This document shows positions 6,912-16,323 of a stretch of 32,000 nucleotides of DNA, one piece after another; position 1 is the stretch's first letter, and each line of letters starts with the position of its first letter. The stretch comes from Nostoc sp. PCC 7120 = FACHB-418 (GTDB taxonomy: Bacteria > Cyanobacteriota > Cyanobacteriia > Cyanobacteriales > Nostocaceae). A model generated the notes under the pieces. It had not been told where the DNA came from. It did not search any database and worked only from the letters and a program-made list of their open reading frames with translations. The position numbers and the translations under genes were made by a program. The stretch is taken from positions 6,000,001 through 6,032,000 of the forward strand of contig NC_003272.1 in NCBI RefSeq assembly GCF_000009705.1, written 5' to 3'.

Positions 6912-8324
6912 CTATTCCTGATTTGCAGGTGTAGTTGGCGCTGGTGGTGCTGCGGGTTTTGACTGAGTGGATTGACGTAAATTCCGCAAAGTCGCTCTTA
7001 ACTTGCTTTGACTAGCAGATGGAGCATTCTCTCTGCGCCGCCGTCTAGTAGGAGTAGTGTTTTGTGGTGCAGTTTGTGCAGAATTATTAGTTGTACGCTC
7101 CCGGCGGAGACGGCGCAAACTCTCTCTAGCTGTGCCTGTTCTTGTTGCTGAAGCAGGTGTGTTAGAGCGTTCTGGCGTAGATTCTCGTGTGGATCTGACT
7201 CTAGTTTCCCTGGAGGTTTGAGCAGGAATATTAGCCTCAGTGGAAGTCACCAAACGTCTGCGTCTGCGAGTTCCTTCTGTAGAATCGGTATTGGCTGCTG
7301 TTGTTTGTCGCTGTCTGGCTTCGGCTTCTCTACGTTTTTTTTGTTCTTGGAGTTGGCGGTGTCGTCGTGACCCTTGTAGGGCAAATTCAGTGGCGATCGC
7401 TACTCCCTGTCTACCACCCTCAGCAGGTTTTAATTTCCAATTACGTGCTTGTCTTAAGGTTTCTTCGTCTAGTTCTCGATTACCGCTAGAACGAGCAACT
7501 CTAACATTAGTAACATTACCTTGAGCATCCGTATCAACAGCTACTTCTACTTTACCTTCTATTCCCCGCCGTCTAGCAGCTTCTGGATATCTGGCATTAC
7601 ACTCGCGGCAAGCTGCACGACCATTTCCTGATCTGCTGCCTTCACTCGGTTCAGTACGGATTTTTGGTGGTGTTGGTGCTGTGGCGATCGCTGGAGTAGT
7701 TACTGCGGGTGTACTATTACTTGCTGGAGAACCTACTTGCCCAGATGTGGAACCTGTAGTTTCGCCAGTATTTGCTTGAGTTCCTCTAGAATCTCTAATT
7801 CCGCCTAAAATTTCTCGGAGACGACTATTATTTTCTCCCGTCGGTTGTGATGGTGTCACAACTGTAGAGGTTGCAGGACTATTTGAGTTAGCAGTAATTA
7901 CCCGTGGTTGAGCAACGGGTTGTGGCTTCTCGGTGGCTACAGTTTTCTCTATCGGTTTTTGTACAACTGTAGGCTGGGAGCGAACGGGGGTAATAACTGT
8001 TGTTTGTGGTTTGGGAGCAATAGCGACTTCACTACTAGCAACACTTCTTTGCGGTTCACTACGGGTAACTGGTAATGGTTCCGGTTTTTTTACTTCTGGA
8101 GTTTCTTCAGGCGGTTTCTCCTTTTCTTCTGTTACAGGATCAACGATCGCTATTTCTATCGGTTCTTCTTCAACTTGAGGAACTCGTGTCAGAAAGTTAC
8201 CCAAGCCTGAAGCCAGCAAAGCGATGTGTAGAGCCATTGATCCAATGAAACTGTAAGTTAAAAAAGACTGGAGAGCCTTAACTTCCTTGGAACGTTGCTC
8301 GACATTATAACCAGAAAATGTCAT
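6912..8324 (-). CDS. tonB: TonB-family energy transducer with a long Arg-rich C-terminal extension
   Basis: N-terminal TM anchor (FIGSMALHIALLASGLG). Pro/Glu/Lys-rich spacer (EEKEKPPEETPEVKKPEPLP). TonB_C-like domain at about aa 238-318 (YPEAARRRGIEGKVEVAVDTDAQGNVTNVRVARSSGNRELDEETLRQARNWKLKP). Then 152 further residues. Confidence 0.8.
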   Translation of the reverse strand: MTFSGYNVEQRSKEVKALQSFLTYSFIGSMALHIALLASGLGNFLTRVPQVEEEPIEIAIVDPVTEEKEKPPEETPEVKKPEPLPVTRSEPQRSVASSEVAIAPKPQTTVITPVRSQPTVVQKPIEKTVATEKPQPVAQPRVITANSNSPATSTVVTPSQPTGENNSRLREILGGIRDSRGTQANTGETTGSTSGQVGSPASNSTPAVTTPAIATAPTPPKIRTEPSEGSRSGNGRAACRECNARYPEAARRRGIEGKVEVAVDTDAQGNVTNVRVARSSGNRELDEETLRQARNWKLKPAEGGRQGVAIATEFALQGSRRHRQLQEQKKRREAEARQRQTTAANTDSTEGTRRRRRLVTSTEANIPAQTSRETRVRSTRESTPERSNTPASATRTGTARESLRRLRRERTTNNSAQTAPQNTTPTRRRRRENAPSASQSKLRATLRNLRQSTQSKPAAPPAPTTPANQE

Positions 8325-8357
8325 AGCTTATTGCTACCTATTCTCACCAACTTAGTC

Positions 8358-8387
8358 ATATTAAGATGAGCCTTGATAAATATCAAG
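8358..8387 (-). promoter_or_regulatory. candidate sigma70-type promoter of tonB overlapped by a 7-2-7 palindrome (Fur-box-like)
   Basis: On the minus strand: TTGATA (8386-8381), 17-nt spacer, TAATAT (8363-8358). The palindrome cttgata-aa-tatcaag (8372-8387) covers the -35 element and resembles GATAAT-type Fur half-sites. Confidence 0.35.
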
Positions 8388-8430
8388 TCAAACAATTATT
8401 TTTTCCAGAGAATTATGGAGTTTAGGCACT

Positions 8431-8457
8431 GGAGATTGGTTATTTTTGCCAATCTCC
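8431..8457 (-). terminator. 9-bp perfect hairpin just downstream of the MBL-fold gene
   Basis: ggagattgg / ttatttttg / ccaatctcc, 20 nt past the stop at 8477. There is no U-tract on the minus strand, so terminator function is uncertain. Confidence 0.35.
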
Positions 8458-8476
8458 CATATTCCTTGTAATTGAT

Positions 8477-9262
8477 TTAATTTGTTAAAGCGCGTTTTGC
8501 TAGTTGTAATTCTAAGCGATCGCCTGGATTTGGTTCCAGCAGTTGTGTAAGTAAATTATTTTTTTGGAATAGCAAACGCAAGTCTGCAATACTTCCCTCC
8601 GTTTTGAGGACTTTTGTCAGTAATCCCTCAAATATGACATCTCCTCCGGCGGCGGTAGGAAGCATAACTTGTGGTTCTAGCCATTGTGCTACTTCCAATG
8701 CACTTTTATATCCTTTAATAATTGGCCCCAGCAAGGGTAAAGCTAAGTCAACTGTCGGCGTAATTACTACATCCACCGGTGCAAACTGTTTCAACAGTGG
8801 AGAATGATAGCCGTGAGGTTCGTAGTAAAGCGTTAAACTAGTGACTAATTCTTTCACCAAATAACTATTTTCAACCACAGTCGGGCCGATTGGTGAACCA
8901 GGAAAAGCTCTAATTTCGATTTGATTATTGAAAGTAAAACTTTCACCATGAACCAAGGTGGTCACAGAAGTATAACCCAAGGCTTGCACCACTTTTGCAG
9001 CATTAGGAGAAGCCACCACTGGAATATTGGGGTTCAGTTGCTTCAGTGTTTGTGGATGTGCATGGTCTTCTAAACCTTGGGATAGGAGAATTAGATCAAT
9101 ATTTTCTGGTATGGCGCGCTCTTGAGGACGATATCCTTTGAACAGCCAATCTAAATTCCCAAAAGTTAACGCATCAACCAACCACGGGTCTATAAGTATT
9201 CGCTGATTGCTGAGTTCGAGCAACCAACTATTGCTGTCTAACCAAGTTAAATACATAGCCAA
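8477..9262 (-). CDS. MBL-fold metallo-hydrolase
   Basis: 261 aa. The pattern ILIDPWL ... DLILLSQGLEDHAHPQTL is typical of beta-lactamase-fold hydrolases of the UPF0173/Lactamase_B_3 type. Confidence 0.7.
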   Translation of the reverse strand: MAMYLTWLDSNSWLLELSNQRILIDPWLVDALTFGNLDWLFKGYRPQERAIPENIDLILLSQGLEDHAHPQTLKQLNPNIPVVASPNAAKVVQALGYTSVTTLVHGESFTFNNQIEIRAFPGSPIGPTVVENSYLVKELVTSLTLYYEPHGYHSPLLKQFAPVDVVITPTVDLALPLLGPIIKGYKSALEVAQWLEPQVMLPTAAGGDVIFEGLLTKVLKTEGSIADLRLLFQKNNLLTQLLEPNPGDRLELQLAKRALTN

Positions 9263-9573
9263 AGGAAGATAACGCCTAATATCATTGTGACACCACGGCG
9301 ATCAGTCAGGCTGGGCGGAATACCATTACTTCCAGTGACTGTGTGATAAATTACACAAAAGGGACGCAGCCATAATAACTATCCGAAAACCCAATACAGT
9401 TTAGTTAAGAAATATTTTGTAGTGAGGACTTCAGTCCTTACTGGGAACTCTTCCTTACTTCACAAACCCCAGATTTTAGACTTAACTGAACCGTATTGTC
9501 CCAAAACCCCATATCCTTAAAACAAAGAAGGATGAGCAAATTGCCCACCCTAAAAAATTCTGCTTGTATTTTT

Positions 9574-9987
9574 TTATGCCAAACCGCCAGCCGCTTGAAA
9601 ACGAGCGCGGGCGCGTTTAAAGGCTTGATTAGCTTGGATTTGGGCTTGACGATCGCCTGCGGGTACTTGATTCAGCTTTGTTTGCGCTTGGCTGTAAGCA
9701 GTACGTGCTTCTTCTAGGTTAATCGTGTCGCCGCGTTCACCACCATTGACAAGAATGGTGACTTCATCTTCTTCAACTTCGGCAAAGCCACCCAATAGGG
9801 CGATCGCTTGCCAATTTTGACTCTTGCTGGTGCGTACTCGTAGTACGCCTGTATCTAGTGCGGTTAAAAGTGGTGCGTGTCCACTCAGGATACCTAGCTG
9901 ACCGGTAGTGCTGGGTAAAATCACTTCATCAGCTTCCGCATCCCACACTGTTTTATCTGGGGAAATTACACGGACAGTTAGGGTCAT
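9574..9987 (-). CDS. atpC: F1 ATP synthase epsilon subunit
   Basis: 137 aa. [44 protein letters not shown] is the canonical epsilon N-terminal beta-sandwich. It lies directly downstream of the beta subunit gene. The gene is called atpE in cyanobacterial/chloroplast nomenclature. Confidence 0.95.
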   Translation of the reverse strand: MTLTVRVISPDKTVWDAEADEVILPSTTGQLGILSGHAPLLTALDTGVLRVRTSKSQNWQAIALLGGFAEVEEDEVTILVNGGERGDTINLEEARTAYSQAQTKLNQVPAGDRQAQIQANQAFKRARARFQAAGGLA

Positions 9988-10004
9988 AAGTCTTCCATTG
10001 TGAA

Positions 10005-10077
10005 TTGTCAGTTGTCAGTTGTCAGTCGTCAGTCGTCAGCCTTCAAATCTACTGACTACTGACTACTGACTACTAAC
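10005..10077. repeat. inverted pair of tandem heptamer (STRR-type) arrays in the atpD-atpC spacer
   Basis: (ttgtcag)x3 (tcgtcag)x2 at 10005-10039 faces (ctgacta)x3 at 10052-10077. The arms match in 6 of 7 positions per unit, so they can fold into a long imperfect hairpin. Confidence 0.9.
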
Positions 10078-10080
10078 AAA

Positions 10081-11556
<1,476 letters not shown>

Positions 11557-11770
11557 TCAGAATGGGTCTTAGAAGACATAAGATTATGCAATGTCATCTT
11601 TCACTCTAACACCGGAGGGGGACAGAGTTCCGTTAGTAATTCCTTAAAAAGTAGTTCGGCGACTTTATTCCCACCAGCTTGACTGAGTGACCCAACTTTA
11701 TATCATAAATTGATTCTTAAGACTTACAACATCAGAGAACTGCGCTTAAGTATGGTGTTTGTAGCCTCGA

Positions 11771-11811
11771 AAGAAAAACAAAAAAGAAGCGACTATCTAC
11801 AGAGTCACTTC
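11771..11811 (-). terminator. rho-independent terminator downstream of the PEP-CTERM vWA gene
   Basis: Minus strand: gaagtgact-ctgtagat-agtcgcttc (8 of 9 bp paired) followed by ttttttgtttttctt. Confidence 0.6.
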
Positions 11812-11908
11812 CCTTAGGAAAATAAATGATGATGATTTCTCATTCAGACTTACGCATTGGTCAGAAAAAGCGTTTCGTTACTTGGGCTTTGGCTAATTTG
11901 CTGGGATA

Positions 11909-12721
11909 TTAGCACTTAGCTGACTGCTTCTGATTACGCTTGAGACTTGAGGTGATACCAAACGCACCCAGACCGAATAAACCAATCAGCGTAGCTGGTT
12001 CGGGAGTTGTTGTAGGAGGCTCTGAAATAATTTCTCTTCTGAGTTTCAGTTCAACTGTGTCAGCGAAATCTTGGAAAGTATTGGCCTGTAAAACAAAAGA
12101 ACCAGCACCGCCCTTGACGTTATTGTTATAGAAGTTGAATAGAGATGTACTGTTACCAATGACTAAACCATTGATCGCATCAACACCAGCAGCTAAAGCA
12201 GCATCGCGGGCCGCTGCTGTAGTAACTGCGTTGCTTCTACCGTCACCAGATACGTCAATCACTTGACGGTTGCTTTCAAATTCATTATTAAAGATTAGAG
12301 GGGTAGCAAAATCAATTGCCGATCCGATAACAGTACCTCCACCGAAAGGGCGAGTTGTGGCATTAATTGCATTCGCAAAGTTTTGGGACGCTTCCACACT
12401 ATCAATCAGTGTCCAACCTACAGACTGTTGCTGCTGAGTAGCACTAGACCAATAGATTAAGTTAACAGCAATCTTGCCGATATTTCCCTTTGAGATAAAG
12501 TTGTTGAAAAGATCAGCATTATTAAAAGCATCTACATAGCCTTGTTTTTGCAAGTTGAATTCACTAGTACTGATACTACTAGATACGTCAACAAGTAAAG
12601 ACAACTCCGTATCAACAAAGGTAGCAGCATAGGCGCTTGTGGACATAGCCAGAGCTGACAAAGTACCAGCTACTGTTGTGAGGGTTGCTCGGAAAAATAA
12701 TGAAGTCTTCATGAGATTCAT
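11909..12721 (-). CDS. secreted vWA-domain (DUF1194-like) protein with PEP-CTERM sorting signal
   Basis: Signal peptide (LSALAMSTSAYAATF). MIDAS DVSSSIS. C-terminus TTTPEPATLIGLFGLGAFGITSSLKRNQKQSAKC, i.e. PEP motif + TM helix + basic tail. Confidence 0.8.
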   Translation of the reverse strand: MNLMKTSLFFRATLTTVAGTLSALAMSTSAYAATFVDTELSLLVDVSSSISTSEFNLQKQGYVDAFNNADLFNNFISKGNIGKIAVNLIYWSSATQQQQSVGWTLIDSVEASQNFANAINATTRPFGGGTVIGSAIDFATPLIFNNEFESNRQVIDVSGDGRSNAVTTAAARDAALAAGVDAINGLVIGNSTSLFNFYNNNVKGGAGSFVLQANTFQDFADTVELKLRREIISEPPTTTPEPATLIGLFGLGAFGITSSLKRNQKQSAKC

Positions 12722-13337
12722 CCCGCTAAATCAAAAATGTAGGTTCCAACTGTGAAATTACTTACTCTATTGGAGTAAATAGTCCAAATGAAGATTTTGG
12801 ATGCGATCGCTCATCAGTAAATCTTTGTAGGATAGTTTGATCAGGTACTTTGTTGCGCGCACACAATATCAATCCTGAAAAACACTAAGGATAGAGTTCT
12901 CTAAACTTCTATTTGACTTATGAGCAAAACTTTACTCCGTGTTTTCCTCACTCGGACACTCAATATATTAGGGTAAAGTTACTTAGCGTACCAGTAGCAG
13001 TTCGATACCTTCACACAAAAAACATATTGTTGAGCCTGCTAGTTTATTAATCGAAACCTAGCTTTTATCTGGATTGTGATGATTTTTATCTCAGTATTTA
13101 GTTTGGGTAAATATAAATTTTCTGTGTAATTCTACTATTTTTTAACAAACCATTGGAGTTGTTGTGCCTAAAGCTCAATGGTATAGTTAAGAACCTTCAA
13201 TTAACCAGTCAAAAACTTGCAATATCAAGCGGTTATTTATTTGTGCTAAAGAGTACTTGATAGGGTTATTTTTTGAGAAATTATCTAACAAATTCGGTTA
13301 TGGGCTGAGTGTTAGTTTCGGCGATCGCTCTCATAAA

Positions 13338-13457
13338 TTATGACAAATCTGCATATCTGAGAATCACTTTGTGCATGAAACTATCACTCAAGTTAGCCCC
13401 GATTAAGTCAGCATAACTAAGATTTCCACCAGGTAAATTTTTAGTCCTGAATAGTAT
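13338..13457 (-). pseudogene. pentapeptide-repeat gene remnant without a start codon
   Basis: A 39-codon open frame between stops: ILFRTKNLPGGNLSYADLIGANLSDSFMHKVILRYADLS*. It shows A(D/N)LxX periodicity over about 6 repeats. There is no ATG/GTG at its 5' end. Confidence 0.4.
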
Positions 13458-13463
13458 TCAAAG

Positions 13464-13697
13464 TCAAGCTAATGATAACTGTTCATGATTGCTGGGTTCG
13501 CTATCAAACCATAATTGAGCTAATTCAGTCTCGGTAAATCGATAACCAAGGGTGGCTGCGAAATTGACTATTTTCGTTTTATCCCAATGGTAACTACCTA
13601 GTAAACTGCGACTACAGCATTTATTAAAGTATTTTTCATAAATAATTTCATCCGCCATCAAAGCTTCATAAAAAGCATTCGCTTGTTGTAAAGACAT
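13464..13697 (-). CDS. Nif11-domain small protein
   Basis: 77 aa. MSLQQANAFYEALMADEIIYEKYF...IVNFAATLGYRFTETELAQ matches the Nif11 N-terminal pattern (AFYERL..DE.F ... AGYxFTxEE). Good RBS (GGAGAAGGA) 5 nt upstream of the ATG. Confidence 0.55.
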   Translation of the reverse strand: MSLQQANAFYEALMADEIIYEKYFNKCCSRSLLGSYHWDKTKIVNFAATLGYRFTETELAQLWFDSEPSNHEQLSLA

Positions 13698-14293
13698 TAT
13701 CCTTCTCCATTAAAAATTTATTTTTACGGTTAATAGGAACTACTGGGAATTTTTAGGTGATTCCGGTTTTTAGAGATAAAAATTGTTAAAATTTCACTCA
13801 TTCTTTGAAAATATAAAATTTGCAAGAAATTATCCTTAAAATAGAGCTTTTAAGTTCAAAAGACTTACAACTTAGTAAATTTTTTATGAGCAATAAATAT
13901 ATGGATTTAACATGGTGTAAGATGCCATATAAACTGCTTATGATTAAACATTCGCCGAAAAATTTCAGTTATTTTTCAACGGCTAAATTTTCATGCAAAA
14001 ATAGCCCCAGCAGACGAGTAGTTGAAAAATTTACTATACAGTTAGTTATCTTCAGAAAGATAAATTTGAAGAACTTAATACCATCTGTCTAGTGACTATT
14101 TCAACGCCACGGCGATCGCTTCTATGGGGAAACACACGATAATACTTTTATCTTAAACCCAGAGGTGCGGATAACCAAGTATATGTATAGGGTTTTTACT
14201 GAAAAAATAAATTTATTTATATAAATTTCATATAAAGTTAAAGTAAAAATACGTAACAACCCAGTAATTGGCAACCTCTACTGAGCATGGAAA

Positions 14294-15223
14294 CTAGCGA
14301 TCGCCAAATTTAATCAGCAGAGCGATCGCTACACTCACGGCAAAAATTAAGGTCATACTCAACGCCGAACCAAACCCCCAATTCTGGGTAACTCCGAGAA
14401 ATTGGTTATAAACTAGCCTGGCTGCCGTCATACTAGAAGCACCACCAAGTAATTCTGGGTCAATAAAATCCCCCAAGGCTGTGATCAGCACAAGGAGAGA
14501 GCCAGCAGTGATTCCTGGGTAAATTTGCGGAACCGTGACTTTCCAAAAAGCCTTGATGGGACTTGCGCCTAAATCTGCTGCTGCTTCTAGTAAGCGTTGA
14601 TCTAACTTTTCTAATGAAGCGTATAAAATCAACACCATGTAGGGGAGTAAGCTGTAACTCATGCCAATTAAAACAGCTGGTGTACGGTTAAGTAGTTCTA
14701 AGGTGGGTAAACCGACACTACTCAATAGACTGTTCAAAAGACCAGTAGGACGGAGAATCGTTATCCAAGCGTAAGAACGGAGTAGAGAAGAAGTCCACAA
14801 AGGTAAGACAAAGCCTAGTACCAAGAGATTGCGCCAGCGTTTCGGTGCAATTTGTGCAATCCAATACGCTACCGGAAAACCCAAAATTAGACAGATCGCC
14901 ATTGTACCTAACGCCAACCAGAGCGATCGTAGGATTACTTGCAAATATAAAGGATCAAGTATGCGGACATAGTTATCCAATCCACTGGGGTTGACTATAT
15001 CTCCTGGTCTAATGTTTGGAACTAGACTCAACTGGAAAATTATCAGTGTTGGTAGTACTAATAATAGTAATAACCAAATACCAGACGGTGCTAGCAATAC
15101 CAAAGGTTGGATAAAGTTTAACTTTGGGCGGTTTAACTTCTGAATCTTGGCAAGATCCTCTGGAGTATCACGAATTTCTGTATTCACAATTGTAAAAGTA
15201 ATTAACTGTTGACTGTTGACCAA
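14294..15223 (-). CDS. potB: ABC transporter permease, PotB-like (spermidine/putrescine type)
   Basis: 309 aa, six TM helices, EAA-loop region LLEAAADLGASPIKAFWKVTVP. The start is uncertain: the TTG at 15223 lies inside heptamer repeats, and a GTG at 15187 is the alternative. Confidence 0.85.
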   Translation of the reverse strand: MVNSQQLITFTIVNTEIRDTPEDLAKIQKLNRPKLNFIQPLVLLAPSGIWLLLLLVLPTLIIFQLSLVPNIRPGDIVNPSGLDNYVRILDPLYLQVILRSLWLALGTMAICLILGFPVAYWIAQIAPKRWRNLLVLGFVLPLWTSSLLRSYAWITILRPTGLLNSLLSSVGLPTLELLNRTPAVLIGMSYSLLPYMVLILYASLEKLDQRLLEAAADLGASPIKAFWKVTVPQIYPGITAGSLLVLITALGDFIDPELLGGASSMTAARLVYNQFLGVTQNWGFGSALSMTLIFAVSVAIALLIKFGDR

Positions 15224-15240
15224 TTACCAATTACCAATAA
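15205..15240. repeat. STRR heptamers across the potD stop / potB start junction
   Basis: (actgttg)x2 at 15205-15218, which is CAACAGT on the minus strand, and (aattacc)x2 at 15222-15235. Confidence 0.85.
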
Positions 15241-16323
15241 CTAACTACTAGTTAATTGCGTCCAGTAGCGCTCATAAACTTCTTCAAATGGCCCCACTGG
15301 GCTAATGCGTTCACATTTGTCTAGAATTGAAGATGGAGGATATAGATTTTCATTAGTTTTTATTTGTTTTGGTAATTGTTCAAATGCAGCATTATTAGGA
15401 GTAGAAATCTTCAGTCGCTCGCTTGTGGTAGCTGCTACTTCTGGTTGTAAAATAAAATTAATCCAGGCATAAGCTCCATCTAAATTGGGCGCTGATTTGG
15501 GAATAACAATTGTATCAGTCCATAGTGAAGAACCACTACGGGGAATAACATACTTTAATTTAGGATTTTCTTTAATGACTTTGGTAGCATCAGCTGAGTA
15601 ACACATTGCTAATGCCAAATCACCTGCTAAGATTTGATTGCGCCAAGCATCAGTATCAAAAGCTGCGATCGCTGGTTTGAGTGTACTTAACTTTTCATAA
15701 GCTTGTTTAATTTGGGCTTCATTTTGCGAGTTATAAGAATAACCCAACATCCGCAAAACCGCACCTATAACCTCACGCACATCATTGAGTAAAGTCATAC
15801 GTTTACTGAGGAGCTTTTGATTTCGCCATAGATATTCCCAGTCTTCTGGTGCTTCTTTGAGAATTTCCGAATTATATATTAAACCCGTTGTTCCCCAATT
15901 AAAAGGAATGCTATAGCGGTTTTTAGGGTCATAACTAGGATTTTGGAATTGAGGAAATAAATTATCTAACCCAACTAGGCGATCGTGTTTTAATTCACTT
16001 AACAAACCCCTTTCTACCATCTTCTGTACCATATAGTCAGATGGGTAAATGAGGCTATAAGTACCACCACTTCCAGCTAAGAGTTTAGCTAGCATTACTT
16101 CGTTGGAATCATAGACATCGACCAGCGCCTTCATCCCAGTTTGGGCGCTAAAAGTCTGTAATAGTTTCTGATCAGAATACTGTGTCCAAGTATAAAGATA
16201 CAATTGGTCACTGCGACCAGAAGAACTAGAAGCTCGCACATCAGCTAATTTCCAACCACAACTTGCTAAGGATAAACTGGAAAGGGCTGTAATTCCTTGT
16301 AGAAAATTTCTTCTATTAGTCAT
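15241..16323 (-). CDS. potD: periplasmic polyamine-type substrate-binding protein, PotD-like
   Basis: 360 aa. Tat/lipoprotein-like N-terminus ([22 protein letters not shown]). Body typical of the PotD/PotF family (YTWTQY..., IPFNWGTTGLIYN). Confidence 0.85.
   Translation of the reverse strand: MTNRRNFLQGITALSSLSLASCGWKLADVRASSSSGRSDQLYLYTWTQYSDQKLLQTFSAQTGMKALVDVYDSNEVMLAKLLAGSGGTYSLIYPSDYMVQKMVERGLLSELKHDRLVGLDNLFPQFQNPSYDPKNRYSIPFNWGTTGLIYNSEILKEAPEDWEYLWRNQKLLSKRMTLLNDVREVIGAVLRMLGYSYNSQNEAQIKQAYEKLSTLKPAIAAFDTDAWRNQILAGDLALAMCYSADATKVIKENPKLKYVIPRSGSSLWTDTIVIPKSAPNLDGAYAWINFILQPEVAATTSERLKISTPNNAAFEQLPKQIKTNENLYPPSSILDKCERISPVGPFEEVYERYWTQLTSS

Noticed and set aside
7240-8178. Plus-strand ORFs 7240-7524, 7301-7489 and 7933-8178 opposite tonB
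   Set aside because: The low-complexity, codon-repetitive tonB sequence naturally leaves long open antisense frames. These have no independent support.
9421-9446. Short hairpin gtagtgaggacttcagtccttactgg upstream of the MBL-fold gene
   Set aside because: The stem is only 6 bp with a 2-nt loop. It resembles a dispersed Nostoc intergenic motif that I only vaguely recall, so I cannot support any call from this window alone.
10005-10077. Heptamer arrays (here and at 26135, 29531, 30002 and 31501) as possible CRISPR arrays
   Set aside because: The units are 7 nt and directly tandem, with no unique spacers. No cas genes are present. They match the STRR class of heterocystous cyanobacteria.
11940-12131. 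ORF 11940-12131 (+) opposite the PEP-CTERM vWA gene
   Set aside because: It is an antisense shadow of a gene with signal peptide, MIDAS and PEP-CTERM motifs.
13820-14092. 90-aa ORF in the AT-rich stretch
   Set aside because: It has a TTG start, a Lys/Phe/Ser/Asn/Ile-dominated sequence, no RBS and no domain. This is most likely an artefact of AT-rich composition. It could be revisited if transcript or Ribo-seq data exist.
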